DNA from: a virus
Reading direction: 5' to 3' (one strand)
Length of the DNA: 64,000 nucleotides
IMG/VR virus record: IMGVR_UViG_3300024299_000001
Location: 1 to 64,000 of that record
The notes under the pieces are model-generated. The model was not told the DNA's origin. It made no database searches and saw nothing but the letters and a program-made list of their open reading frames with translations. The translations under genes were made by a program, and so were the position numbers. Positions 1 to 8,117 of the stretch are shown here, in pieces (the stretch's first letter is position 1; the number at the start of each line of letters is the position of its first letter).

Positions 1-300
1 TACATCAGACCTTTTGCCAAAGACCAGATTGCCGTAGTTCCACCTTGACAACCATCCAGTTGTTTCATTAACAAAGTCATCGCAGTCGTGGGATTCTTCA
101 ATATATAATCGTCTGTCTGCTGGATTGGCAACACAAACAGGTTTAATCATCTCTGGTTTTATCAACCTAAAAATCATATCATCTTCGTAAATATCAAAGG
201 GATGAATACCTGTGAGTGTTCTTATCCTTTGCCTTGCTTCATAAACTGATATTTCTCTCATTTCACCAAGATCAGGTACAGGAGGATTTAAAATATCTGC
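1..300. repeat. Conserved arm 2, copy A (partner 56802..57101)
   Basis: By-eye alignment shows only scattered substitutions over about 300 nt, followed by rapid divergence. Confidence 0.85.
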
Positions 301-573
301 GTAACCTTGAGCTTTAAACATTGACCAATCCCCTGCAAGCCACGCCACTAATTCATCCCCTGTTATCAACCCCATCGGATTAAGTATCTCAGCAATTAAA
401 ATATCAGGATGGATTGAAGGCTTCGGGCATTTCTCTTTAACAGCGATAGAAACCATCTGAAGCTGTACGCTGTCTGGCTGACCGAAACAAGCTATGCAAT
501 CTGCGTATAGACGTTCGTATTGAGTAAAATGGTAATATCCGCCTTCTATGAGATAGTCTTTAATTGTTTTCAT
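1..573 (-). CDS. Paralog of the 256-aa protein at 56628..57398; C-terminus runs off the left window edge
   Basis: Hand translation from ATG (rc) at 573..571 gives MKTIKDYLIEGGYYHF.... The region encoded by nt 1-300 is almost identical to the 56802..57101 product (GYADILNPPVPDLGEMREISVYEARQ...ESHDCDDFVNETTGWLSRWNYGNLVFG). The N-terminal third is diverged. Confidence 0.75.
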   Translation of the reverse strand, partial: MKTIKDYLIEGGYYHFTQYERLYADCIACFGQPDSVQLQMVSIAVKEKCPKPSIHPDILIAEILNPMGLITGDELVAWLAGDWSMFKAQGYADILNPPVPDLGEMREISVYEARQRIRTLTGIHPFDIYEDDMIFRLIKPEMIKPVCVANPADRRLYIEESHDCDDFVNETTGWLSRWNYGNLVFGKRSDV

Positions 574-631
574 TGCTGCCCACCTGTGCCGTTGCTGTAG
601 TATTGTATTAGTGCTTGTTTAATGTCCATTG

Positions 632-2977
632 TTACTCCGCATATATGTTGTCGAGATAATAGTCTAAGGCAAACGAAAAAGTGTCTGAACCTTGATTGCC
701 AGAGTCTATCCCGTTCAAAGTCCAATCATTAGCATTTCCGCTTACGTCATTTCCCATATCACCAGATGCTGCAAAATCGACATGAAAACCGTTTGTGCCG
801 TATGTCCCAGAGAAAGTCTTTGGAATCAGAACACCACCCTTAGTTTCTGTAAAAGATGCTGGTGTAAGAGCGTACCCATCAATAAAATAAATATCTGCTA
901 TTGCCCCCGTCATCGGAATTAAGCCTGAGTTATATGCCCCTATACCATGAAGTGCGGCACTATTAAATCCAGGCTCTGCATTTTGAACTGGAGTTATAGA
1001 CGTAGTAAGTGCTTGATCCGCTGCGTTAACATATATTTTCATACGGTCAGCAGATGTTGCATTTGCTGAATCGTATACAAGCGTTATATGATACCATGTA
1101 CTTGTTGTATTAAAAGCATTATCCGTGGTAACATTCCCCTTTGCAACACCGCTTGAGTTCATTTCCCAGGTAAATTTGCCTGTTGTATGCCAGTAAACAT
1201 CATCGTGGTTAGTTCCATCAATAGCGTTAAAAACATCTGTTATCGTTGAAAAATCAGTGCTATATACCCACGCACTAAATGTCCATAGTTTCTGGTTTCC
1301 GCTTCCTGGGGTTTGGGTTAAATATTCATCTGTTCCATTTAAAGTACAAGTGTCCATAGTTGGGCCTGTGTCTACAACCTTCGCCTGAATCTGGTCAATA
1401 GCATCCTTATCCGCATCAGCAACCCCTGAGATATCCCACGAGTCTGTTTGGTATGTGTCTGCTGAGGTTATGTCTATTGTGTGGGTTGTGAAAGGGTCTT
1501 TATACAGTGTTGCCGATTCAGCATCTGATATTATTTTATCAAAATATCGAACTTGATCTATTTCGCCATTAAAAAAATGAGAGCCATTAAATGAGCCGAT
1601 CCGTGTATATTGACCATTTGTCCACGCAACACTTGCTTGCCCTGATATCTCAGTTTTAACTCCGTTCATTATTGTCTTTATACTGCCAGAAGAATAATCA
1701 TAAGATATAGTTACAAAATTCCATGCATCTATTGTATAATCATTTGTAGTTAATTCTGCGTATGTCGCACCCGCACCTACGATACCGGCATAACATTGTA
1801 ATTTATAATTACCAGTTGTGTTATTCATACCAATTGAAAAAGTATACGGTGGAACGTGCTCAGTTGAAATTAAAGATTCTATTTCAGCATTAGGTTTGAA
1901 CCACATTGAAATCGTAAAATCTGTAAAGGCTTGGAGAGTGGATTCTTGTGTAGTAGATGTACTACCATTAAAAACAGCACATTGATTATATACCCCATCT
2001 GTGTATGTAATGTCTGTAGGAGTAGCATCGTTATTGCCACTTTCATCTGTTGCATCATTATTAAATAAATATAGGGCTTTACAAGAACTATCAGAAAATA
2101 TGTCAAGTGTTGTTTCATCTGAGTACTCATTCCTGATATTAAACTCCAAATTACTACCAGTGCCAGTTGACCGGGCATCGAGCTTGATTGTGTTCTTGCC
2201 TGTGAGATCGAGAATATCCCCGCCTGTTAAGGTCTTGGTAACTGTTTCGTTAAGGCTGTCTGTTGTCGCTGAGAGTTTAAGTGCGTAATCGCCTTGGGTT
2301 TTTATTGTGGATTCGGAGAATGAGTTTAGGGCTGTGGTTTGGAGTTCTATGTGTCTAACCCCTTGAAATTGGACACCTCCATAATTATCAGCAAACTTAA
2401 ATGCGTAATATCTATAAGCTGTTGAATTTGTAAAAGTTATGTACTTTGGATCAGCTACGTTGGATGCTGTATGTTGGTCAAAAGTAGATTGCGAAAGTCC
2501 GGTAATTTGAGTCCAGTTAGTGTCTGTGGCATATGTTAATTCAGCAAAAGCTGCCGCATTATCTGATCCCCATAAAGTAAAATTCTGGACACCGTTTGTC
2601 GTGCTGTTGCCGGAATCGTGACTATTTTCATAATAAACTCTATTAATTATTTTGCTTGACCCTAAATCAATATGGAATCTCTGATTTGTTATCTCGTCAT
2701 CACTCAACCAGTTTGTATCAGTATCGCTCCCAGTTAAAGATGCAGTAGGGTCTGTCGCAGCCCACGGTGGTGTAGCAGCACTATTATAGGTTGTAGCTTT
2801 AACATAAGTAGTGCTTTGTGCAGTAGGAAACTGCCCCGTATAAGCCGTTGCAGACGTAACATAAGCACTCTGAGCAGCACCGTCTGTGGCGTACTCCATG
2901 TAGTCTATTTCGAGGGCAGCAGGACTTGAACCTCTGATAAAGGCAAGAACTCTTTTATGAGCTAATTGAATAGTCAT
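632..2977 (-). CDS. Distal receptor-binding tip A: discoidin (F5/8 type C)-like domain plus two LamG/concanavalin-like lectin domains
   Basis: The long ORF starts at MTIQLAHK (ATG rc 2977..2975). That is 1 nt after the upstream TAA, with GGAGG inside the upstream C-terminus. The WLSDDEITNQRFHIDLGSSKIINRVYYEN...FTLWGSDN pattern is discoidin-like. FTISMWFKPN and WTFSAWVYSTD blocks are LamG-like. Confidence 0.8.
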   Translation of the reverse strand: MTIQLAHKRVLAFIRGSSPAALEIDYMEYATDGAAQSAYVTSATAYTGQFPTAQSTTYVKATTYNSAATPPWAATDPTASLTGSDTDTNWLSDDEITNQRFHIDLGSSKIINRVYYENSHDSGNSTTNGVQNFTLWGSDNAAAFAELTYATDTNWTQITGLSQSTFDQHTASNVADPKYITFTNSTAYRYYAFKFADNYGGVQFQGVRHIELQTTALNSFSESTIKTQGDYALKLSATTDSLNETVTKTLTGGDILDLTGKNTIKLDARSTGTGSNLEFNIRNEYSDETTLDIFSDSSCKALYLFNNDATDESGNNDATPTDITYTDGVYNQCAVFNGSTSTTQESTLQAFTDFTISMWFKPNAEIESLISTEHVPPYTFSIGMNNTTGNYKLQCYAGIVGAGATYAELTTNDYTIDAWNFVTISYDYSSGSIKTIMNGVKTEISGQASVAWTNGQYTRIGSFNGSHFFNGEIDQVRYFDKIISDAESATLYKDPFTTHTIDITSADTYQTDSWDISGVADADKDAIDQIQAKVVDTGPTMDTCTLNGTDEYLTQTPGSGNQKLWTFSAWVYSTDFSTITDVFNAIDGTNHDDVYWHTTGKFTWEMNSSGVAKGNVTTDNAFNTTSTWYHITLVYDSANATSADRMKIYVNAADQALTTSITPVQNAEPGFNSAALHGIGAYNSGLIPMTGAIADIYFIDGYALTPASFTETKGGVLIPKTFSGTYGTNGFHVDFAASGDMGNDVSGNANDWTLNGIDSGNQGSDTFSFALDYYLDNIYAE

Positions 2978-3300
2978 GTTAAACCTCCGGTGTCCAACCA
3001 TTAGTTGTGATAAGCCAATCGTCTGCTGTGTAGTATTGAAAGACCGCTATATCTCCAGCGGTTGACAAGTTCGTAAGGTTCTTACCTTCAGCGTTTGTTG
3101 TGCCGTCCATTAGATAACCATCATTGGCATTTGTATCTACGATAACCTCTATTGCTCCGAGTGTTATAATGGTGAAGTTCATTCCTGCTACCATTAGCGG
3201 GAGTTGACAAGTGCCGGTTACGTTGCAAATGAACGTACCACCGTAAAGATTAGCTCCGGTAAAGTTTGCTGCGAAATTTGCTGCTGAGTCTGTAACCGGA
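2955..3300. repeat. Conserved arm 1, copy A (partner about 58473..58818); spans the fibre C-terminus, the gene junction and the tip N-terminus
   Basis: By-eye alignment. The encoded 109-aa fibre C-termini differ at only 2 residues (I/V, N/A). Confidence 0.85.
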
Positions 3301-4298
3301 GTAAGACTTGGTAAAGCTCCCGCACTTGTAAGTCCTGTTAATGATGTAATGTCACTATTAGCACCATCTGAAGCAGCATTGGCAACTTTGGCCAAGGGTA
3401 TACCATCGTTGTCAAGACCTGTCATTGAGGTGATGCTAGAGTTAACTGGACTTATACTTGCCACTGCAGCGTCTGCTAATACTACATCTGCGTTAGTTGT
3501 TACTACATCTGCGTTAGTTAGTACTACATCTGCTGCTGTATCTATAGCGTCTTGTGCTGTAGTTGCTGCGTCTGCGGCAGTATCTATGGCGTCTTGTGTC
3601 GTTGTCACTACATCTGCATTTGTTGATACTACATCTGCGTTAGTCAGTACAACATCAGCATTTGTTAGAACTAAATCTGCTGCTGTCGCGATTTCATCAA
3701 GTGCTGTTGCAGCAGCGTCTGCTGTAGTTGTTACTACGTCTGCATTCGTTAGTACAACATCAGCGTTAGTTGATACTACATCAGCATTTGTTGACACCAC
3801 GTCTGCAGCTGTTGCAGTTGCATCTGCGTCAGTTAGTATCTCATCTGCTGCAGCCGCAGCTGCAGACACAGCAGCAGCAGCAGCAGATGCAGCAGCAGCA
3901 GTAGTATATGAAGATACGCTACTCATGAGTATAAACTGAGTATTGGCTAAATCATAGCTCAACATAGCTAAACCAGCTGCAGGTAAGTCACCAGCAGCTA
4001 AAGCTGTACCGTCTGGTTGAACAATTGACTTAACACCAATAGAATCTATATTTATAGTACTAGCACCAGTATTTGCGTCTGTAACACGCATCAAGACGGG
4101 CAAACCATCTGTGTATGAAGTAATTGTATTTGTCATTGCCAGAGTATACGCATCAGCTGCACCGCCAGTATCTACGATTCCATAGTTCTCAAACTTAGCA
4201 GCAAGGCCAAACAATTCTGTCATATCGGCTTGTAATCTTGTTATGAGAATCGTTCCCATAGTGTCTGATGTTGCATAAGTATCTTGTGACACACTCAT
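2979..4298 (-). CDS. Tail fibre A (proximal or shaft protein) with Ala-run and heptad tandem repeats
   Basis: 439-aa ORF with RBS GGAG. It has a poly-Ala tract, a TNADVV(S/L/T) repeat array, and a C-terminal 109 aa shared with the ORF at 58498..59352. Confidence 0.8.
   Translation of the reverse strand: MSVSQDTYATSDTMGTILITRLQADMTELFGLAAKFENYGIVDTGGAADAYTLAMTNTITSYTDGLPVLMRVTDANTGASTINIDSIGVKSIVQPDGTALAAGDLPAAGLAMLSYDLANTQFILMSSVSSYTTAAAASAAAAAVSAAAAAADEILTDADATATAADVVSTNADVVSTNADVVLTNADVVTTTADAAATALDEIATAADLVLTNADVVLTNADVVSTNADVVTTTQDAIDTAADAATTAQDAIDTAADVVLTNADVVTTNADVVLADAAVASISPVNSSITSMTGLDNDGIPLAKVANAASDGANSDITSLTGLTSAGALPSLTPVTDSAANFAANFTGANLYGGTFICNVTGTCQLPLMVAGMNFTIITLGAIEVIVDTNANDGYLMDGTTNAEGKNLTNLSTAGDIAVFQYYTADDWLITTNGWTPEV
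3459..3848. repeat. In-frame 21-bp (7-aa) tandem repeat array inside tail fibre A
   Basis: Repeated units actacatctgcgttagttgtt and variants encode TNADVVS/TNADVVL/TNADVVT, interspersed with DAIDTAAD units. This is about aa 151-280 of the ORF. Confidence 0.85.
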
Positions 4299-4299
4299 A

Positions 4300-6303
4300 T
4301 TAAATCTCCAATTGATAGAATTTAAACATCATTCCGTTTATAAATACTGGCTTTCCAGCTATGTGTATACTTGAAACTTTGACTTGAAATGAATAGCAAT
4401 TTATGTTAAGATCAAAGTACAATAATGAGCCAACTGGAGTCAACGTTACGTTTTCTAAGTCGGCCAGAGGTATATTTTCTATATCAGCTAGTGTAATTGC
4501 GTCCGAGATTGCTAAAGCTAAAGACTTAGTTAACTCAGAAGTGCCTCTCTGGCCGTTCTTGTAGAAGTCAAATACAATATTTGAGCCATTGATACTTGAG
4601 GCCATAATCTGACCTTGTACTAAGTCTCGTGTTCCAAATGGCATTTCTACGTAAGCTGTTTTATAAGACGGTGCTATTTGTGTAGTGCCTAAGTCTTTGT
4701 ACTGTGTAGTACCTATTTCGTACATGTAGCCATCAGAACAACCTATTACAAACTTTGCACCAATTTGTTTAAAAAACGTAGGTGTCACAGGTAATTTATA
4801 CCTCGACCAGGGATAACGTACTTTGCCATTCTTCATTCTAATTGGTTGTTTTGTATGGCATATGTATGTATATGTACCACCTAAGTTTAACCAGTATTGA
4901 CCATCCGCTGCATGATACCCTGCGATAGCTGTACCTGTTACCCAGTTAGTAAAAGCATCTCTTATAGGATCAGAGAATGAGTCTGTACGTAGATCACCAA
5001 ACTCTTGTATACCAGTTAGATTATCTGTGCCTGTCGCTGAGCTAAACCATAAGTCATTATTTGTATTGACCAAAGTTTTAATTGTAGACCAAGACTTCTG
5101 AAACAGTAGTGGAAGTTTATACGTACTTGGAGTCGAGCCTTCTAACTTACACATGAATGAATGTTCTTCTGTACCTAGTACGTAAAGTGTGCCATATAAA
5201 TCTTCAAATCCACCAATCGGGAATGAGTTAGCATTATCGTCTACTACACCAACATAACCACCGCCACCACTTGTAGACCAATCAAGATGTGTTAAGTTAC
5301 CATAGTATGCACGACCTGGTTCATCTGGATTCTTGATCCACGGTCTGTTACCAGCAACTACGCCATAAGATGCTTTAGGCGGACGACCAGGATAAACCTT
5401 CATTATAGGATCACTTGTTGCTGTCTGAGCCCACGATCCTGTCCATACCCATGCAGCACCAGCGCTTGCTACTGTAGTACCTTGAACTAAGAAATTTGAT
5501 CCTTCTAGACAAGCATAGTACGCTGTGCTCGGTAGCATTTCAGATGATACATCTGCACTTGTAAACACTATAGATATATAGTCTGCTGATGCACTTGGTA
5601 CAATGCCTGTATAAGCTTTAGTTGCTACAACTGCGTCTGATGATACAAGTCTTAATGTGGCGGTGATTGCCGCAGTACCGCCTGATTCTTGTACTTTAGC
5701 TTCTATTTTAGTAATTGGAATAGTGTACCCAGCATCCCAAGCTTGACTTGTAAACTTAGCTGCTATGCGATCGTCTGTACCAGCAGTAAGAACTGCTGCA
5801 GCATCGTCTTGACCAGAATAGTTATCGTATTGTGTACCATCGTCGCCACCATCATATGCTATCTTAATTGTAGTTGTATCTTCACAGTATTTAAGATACG
5901 AACCATCACATATTAGCGCTACGTCGTTGTACGATACAAGCGTAGTAAGACCAACCATTGTCTTGGTGTCTACTTGTGTCGGTGTTAGCGTACTCATGTA
6001 ATATACTTTATATACACTACTAGCATTATCAGTACATAGTGTATACTCAGTGCCACCTAGAGTCACTGATGCAGCATCTACGAGTGACCCTATAGCAGTA
6101 TCTGACCATTTATATACTGCACCACGTGTTTCTAACTGGCCGCCTGGATTAAGCTTTAAATCGATACACTCAGCTAGTTCTTCTCGTTCCAGTTGAAAGG
6201 AAGGTACTGATGTATTCTCACCTAGTGGCCACCCAACAAATGCAATACCTTCTTCTTCAAGAGGTTGTGTTTGTGAGTTTATATATGCTGGAATTTCTCT
6301 CAT
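4300..6303 (-). CDS. Large tail structural protein (nozzle / tail-tubular-B position)
   Basis: 667-aa ORF between the adaptor-like gene and the fibre genes. Its start overlaps the upstream stop. Function comes from position and size only. Confidence 0.5.
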   Translation of the reverse strand: MREIPAYINSQTQPLEEEGIAFVGWPLGENTSVPSFQLEREELAECIDLKLNPGGQLETRGAVYKWSDTAIGSLVDAASVTLGGTEYTLCTDNASSVYKVYYMSTLTPTQVDTKTMVGLTTLVSYNDVALICDGSYLKYCEDTTTIKIAYDGGDDGTQYDNYSGQDDAAAVLTAGTDDRIAAKFTSQAWDAGYTIPITKIEAKVQESGGTAAITATLRLVSSDAVVATKAYTGIVPSASADYISIVFTSADVSSEMLPSTAYYACLEGSNFLVQGTTVASAGAAWVWTGSWAQTATSDPIMKVYPGRPPKASYGVVAGNRPWIKNPDEPGRAYYGNLTHLDWSTSGGGGYVGVVDDNANSFPIGGFEDLYGTLYVLGTEEHSFMCKLEGSTPSTYKLPLLFQKSWSTIKTLVNTNNDLWFSSATGTDNLTGIQEFGDLRTDSFSDPIRDAFTNWVTGTAIAGYHAADGQYWLNLGGTYTYICHTKQPIRMKNGKVRYPWSRYKLPVTPTFFKQIGAKFVIGCSDGYMYEIGTTQYKDLGTTQIAPSYKTAYVEMPFGTRDLVQGQIMASSINGSNIVFDFYKNGQRGTSELTKSLALAISDAITLADIENIPLADLENVTLTPVGSLLYFDLNINCYSFQVKVSSIHIAGKPVFINGMMFKFYQLEI

Positions 6304-6911
6304 TAGAAACCTGCGTCTTTAATGGCTTGTTGACGTACTCTACGAACGGTCTTAGATACTATGGTCTGTCTGAAAAACTCATGTAAAGCAAAGTCACCAA
6401 CTATCTTACGTTCATTTCTGTTCTTCGCAATTATTATAACTCCTCCACGGAGTTCGTTGTTAAACTCATCATTGTATGGCATTGAGTTGCCACTAACTAG
6501 AGTTGTAGATTTCTGGTTGTATTGTAAAAAAACTGTTTGCTCTGATGATGCTGTTCTTTCGAAAATCATATTTGTTTTATGAATACCATAGTAACTAGGT
6601 ATTCCAGTAGCGTTTTCTTGGAGTTCTTCATTTATCCAAGCAACACTCTTTTTCACTAAATCTGTATCGTCAATTTGTACTAATATGTCTGTACTGAAGT
6701 CAGTAGGTAGTGCAACACTGCTATTCGATATTGGTAGAGTTAAAGAAGTTGAATTAAATACCCAGTCTGACTGAACTGAGCCAAGGAAAGTTGCTAAGGC
6801 CTCAATTACTCTGTTGTAGAAAGCTAGTACCATAGTAGCTGAGTATTGCGTGGAATCCTCATCGCGTATATCAAACCTTGTCTGTGTTATTTCTGCATCT
6901 ATAGTTGCCAT
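6303..6911 (-). CDS. Head-tail adaptor / tail-tubular-A-position protein
   Basis: 202-aa ORF directly downstream of the capsid block. Function comes from position and size only. Confidence 0.45.
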   Translation of the reverse strand: MATIDAEITQTRFDIRDEDSTQYSATMVLAFYNRVIEALATFLGSVQSDWVFNSTSLTLPISNSSVALPTDFSTDILVQIDDTDLVKKSVAWINEELQENATGIPSYYGIHKTNMIFERTASSEQTVFLQYNQKSTTLVSGNSMPYNDEFNNELRGGVIIIAKNRNERKIVGDFALHEFFRQTIVSKTVRRVRQQAIKDAGF

Positions 6912-6920
6912 GTTAAATAT

Positions 6921-6940
6921 GGGAGGGATTGCTCCCTCCC
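6921..6940 (-). terminator. GC hairpin (GGGAGGGA-ttgc-TCCCTCCC) after the capsid and head-protein block; possible attenuating terminator
   Basis: Perfect 8-bp stem in the 38-nt gap between 6950 and 6911. It is followed on the transcribed strand by an AT-rich stretch rather than a clean U-run. Confidence 0.4.
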
Positions 6941-6949
6941 ATCCTCAAA

Positions 6950-7636
6950 TTAATGATTAATGCAAAGTGCAACTACTTCAAATTTAGCGCCGTCAAGATC
7001 AACGTCACCGTTAGTTGTAGAAGCTACGATGTCAATAGTATCTGCAGAAGCGAAGTACAATGGAGAAGCTGCCCTAGGTGCCTTAAGTACAAAAACCTCT
7101 GCTGTAGCGGACGCTAAATCAATAGCCCCTCCAGTGTTATTTGCAAGTACAACAGACACTGTATCTTCTGCTGTAACAGTTGCTGTAATAACAAGGTCTA
7201 CAAGATCTACACCAAGTGTAACTAAAACAGGATTACCTATCGCAGCACCTGCAACAGTTATATCTTTAACTTCTTCATTACCGTCGTCAATTGACGCTGC
7301 ATCCCATGTAGAAGTCGCTGTTAGAACTGTTGATGCATTACCAGTAGCATCTAAATTGAGGTCTTGGCCCCAGTAATCAGTATCAGAACCATAACCAAGA
7401 TGAACTGTAGCATCTGCTGTTTCCGCTGTAATAACATTAATATACGCATTTAACACTGTAGTGCGAGCTGGAATAGCTAAACACTGCGCTACATCAGTTT
7501 CACCTGCATCAATTGTCTGAATTGAACAGTCAATAGTGTTTCTGCGAACTTGAAAATCTGGGTCAATAAGGAGCTTCTGTGTAGCTGTTGCACCCCCGGT
7601 GACTGAACCATCACAAAAATTATATGTGGTTGCCAT
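6950..7636 (-). CDS. Head-associated structural protein, long paralog (putative decoration or cement protein)
   Basis: 228 aa with a strong RBS (AAAGGAGG). The N-terminal 90 aa are homologous to the 7649..8104 product (MATTYNF.DGS...DVAQCL.IPA.TTVL.AY..V.TAET). It lies directly after the MCP gene. Confidence 0.55.
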   Translation of the reverse strand: MATTYNFCDGSVTGGATATQKLLIDPDFQVRRNTIDCSIQTIDAGETDVAQCLAIPARTTVLNAYINVITAETADATVHLGYGSDTDYWGQDLNLDATGNASTVLTATSTWDAASIDDGNEEVKDITVAGAAIGNPVLVTLGVDLVDLVITATVTAEDTVSVVLANNTGGAIDLASATAEVFVLKAPRAASPLYFASADTIDIVASTTNGDVDLDGAKFEVVALCINH

Positions 7637-7648
7637 GTCTCACCTCCT

Positions 7649-8104
7649 TTAATAAGTGTCGACGTGTTTAAGGCAAACAGCAAAAACTTCTACTTTAAGT
7701 CCGTCCAAGTCAACATCTGCGCCGTCTGTAGTCGCAGTAAGGTCAATAGTGTCAGCAGCAGCGAAATAAACTGGAACATTACTTCCAAGCCCACCTACCG
7801 TTACATCAGCAGCAGCGGCAACATCAAGAGCGTCGCCCCACTGATCAGCGTTTCCACCATAACCTAGGTCAACGGTACCATTAGCGGTTTCTGCAGTCAT
7901 CACTCGTACGTAAGCAGTGAGTACTGTAGTAGCTGCAGGAATAATCAGACACTGCGCGACATCAGCCGCGCCAGCTTCAATATTCTGCAATGAAAAATCA
8001 ACAATGTGCCGGAGTATAGTTAACTCATTTTCCCGAAGGGTAGTCTGAGTCATTCTAGGAACACCAGCGATACTTCCATCTGTAAAATTATATGTGGTTG
8101 CCAT
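7649..8104 (-). CDS. Head-associated structural protein, short paralog (putative decoration or cement protein)
   Basis: 151 aa with RBS AAGGAGG. It is a paralog of 6950..7636. Confidence 0.55.
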   Translation of the reverse strand: MATTYNFTDGSIAGVPRMTQTTLRENELTILRHIVDFSLQNIEAGAADVAQCLIIPAATTVLTAYVRVMTAETANGTVDLGYGGNADQWGDALDVAAAADVTVGGLGSNVPVYFAAADTIDLTATTDGADVDLDGLKVEVFAVCLKHVDTY

Positions 8105-8117
8105 TTAGGTCACCTCC

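Noticed and set aside
1-630. Interpreting the 1-630 / 56802-57430 similarity as direct terminal repeats or an assembly wrap-around
   Set aside because: The copies are not identical. Identity decays to about half at the protein level in the N-terminal third, copy B has an extra insert of about 190 bp, and the flanking genes differ. These are diverged paralogous cassettes.
3349-3939. 196-aa plus-strand ORF antisense to tail fibre A
   Set aside because: It is a Ser/Ala/Thr/Val low-complexity translation produced by reading the 21-bp repeats on the opposite strand. It has no RBS and lies entirely within a well-supported minus-strand gene.
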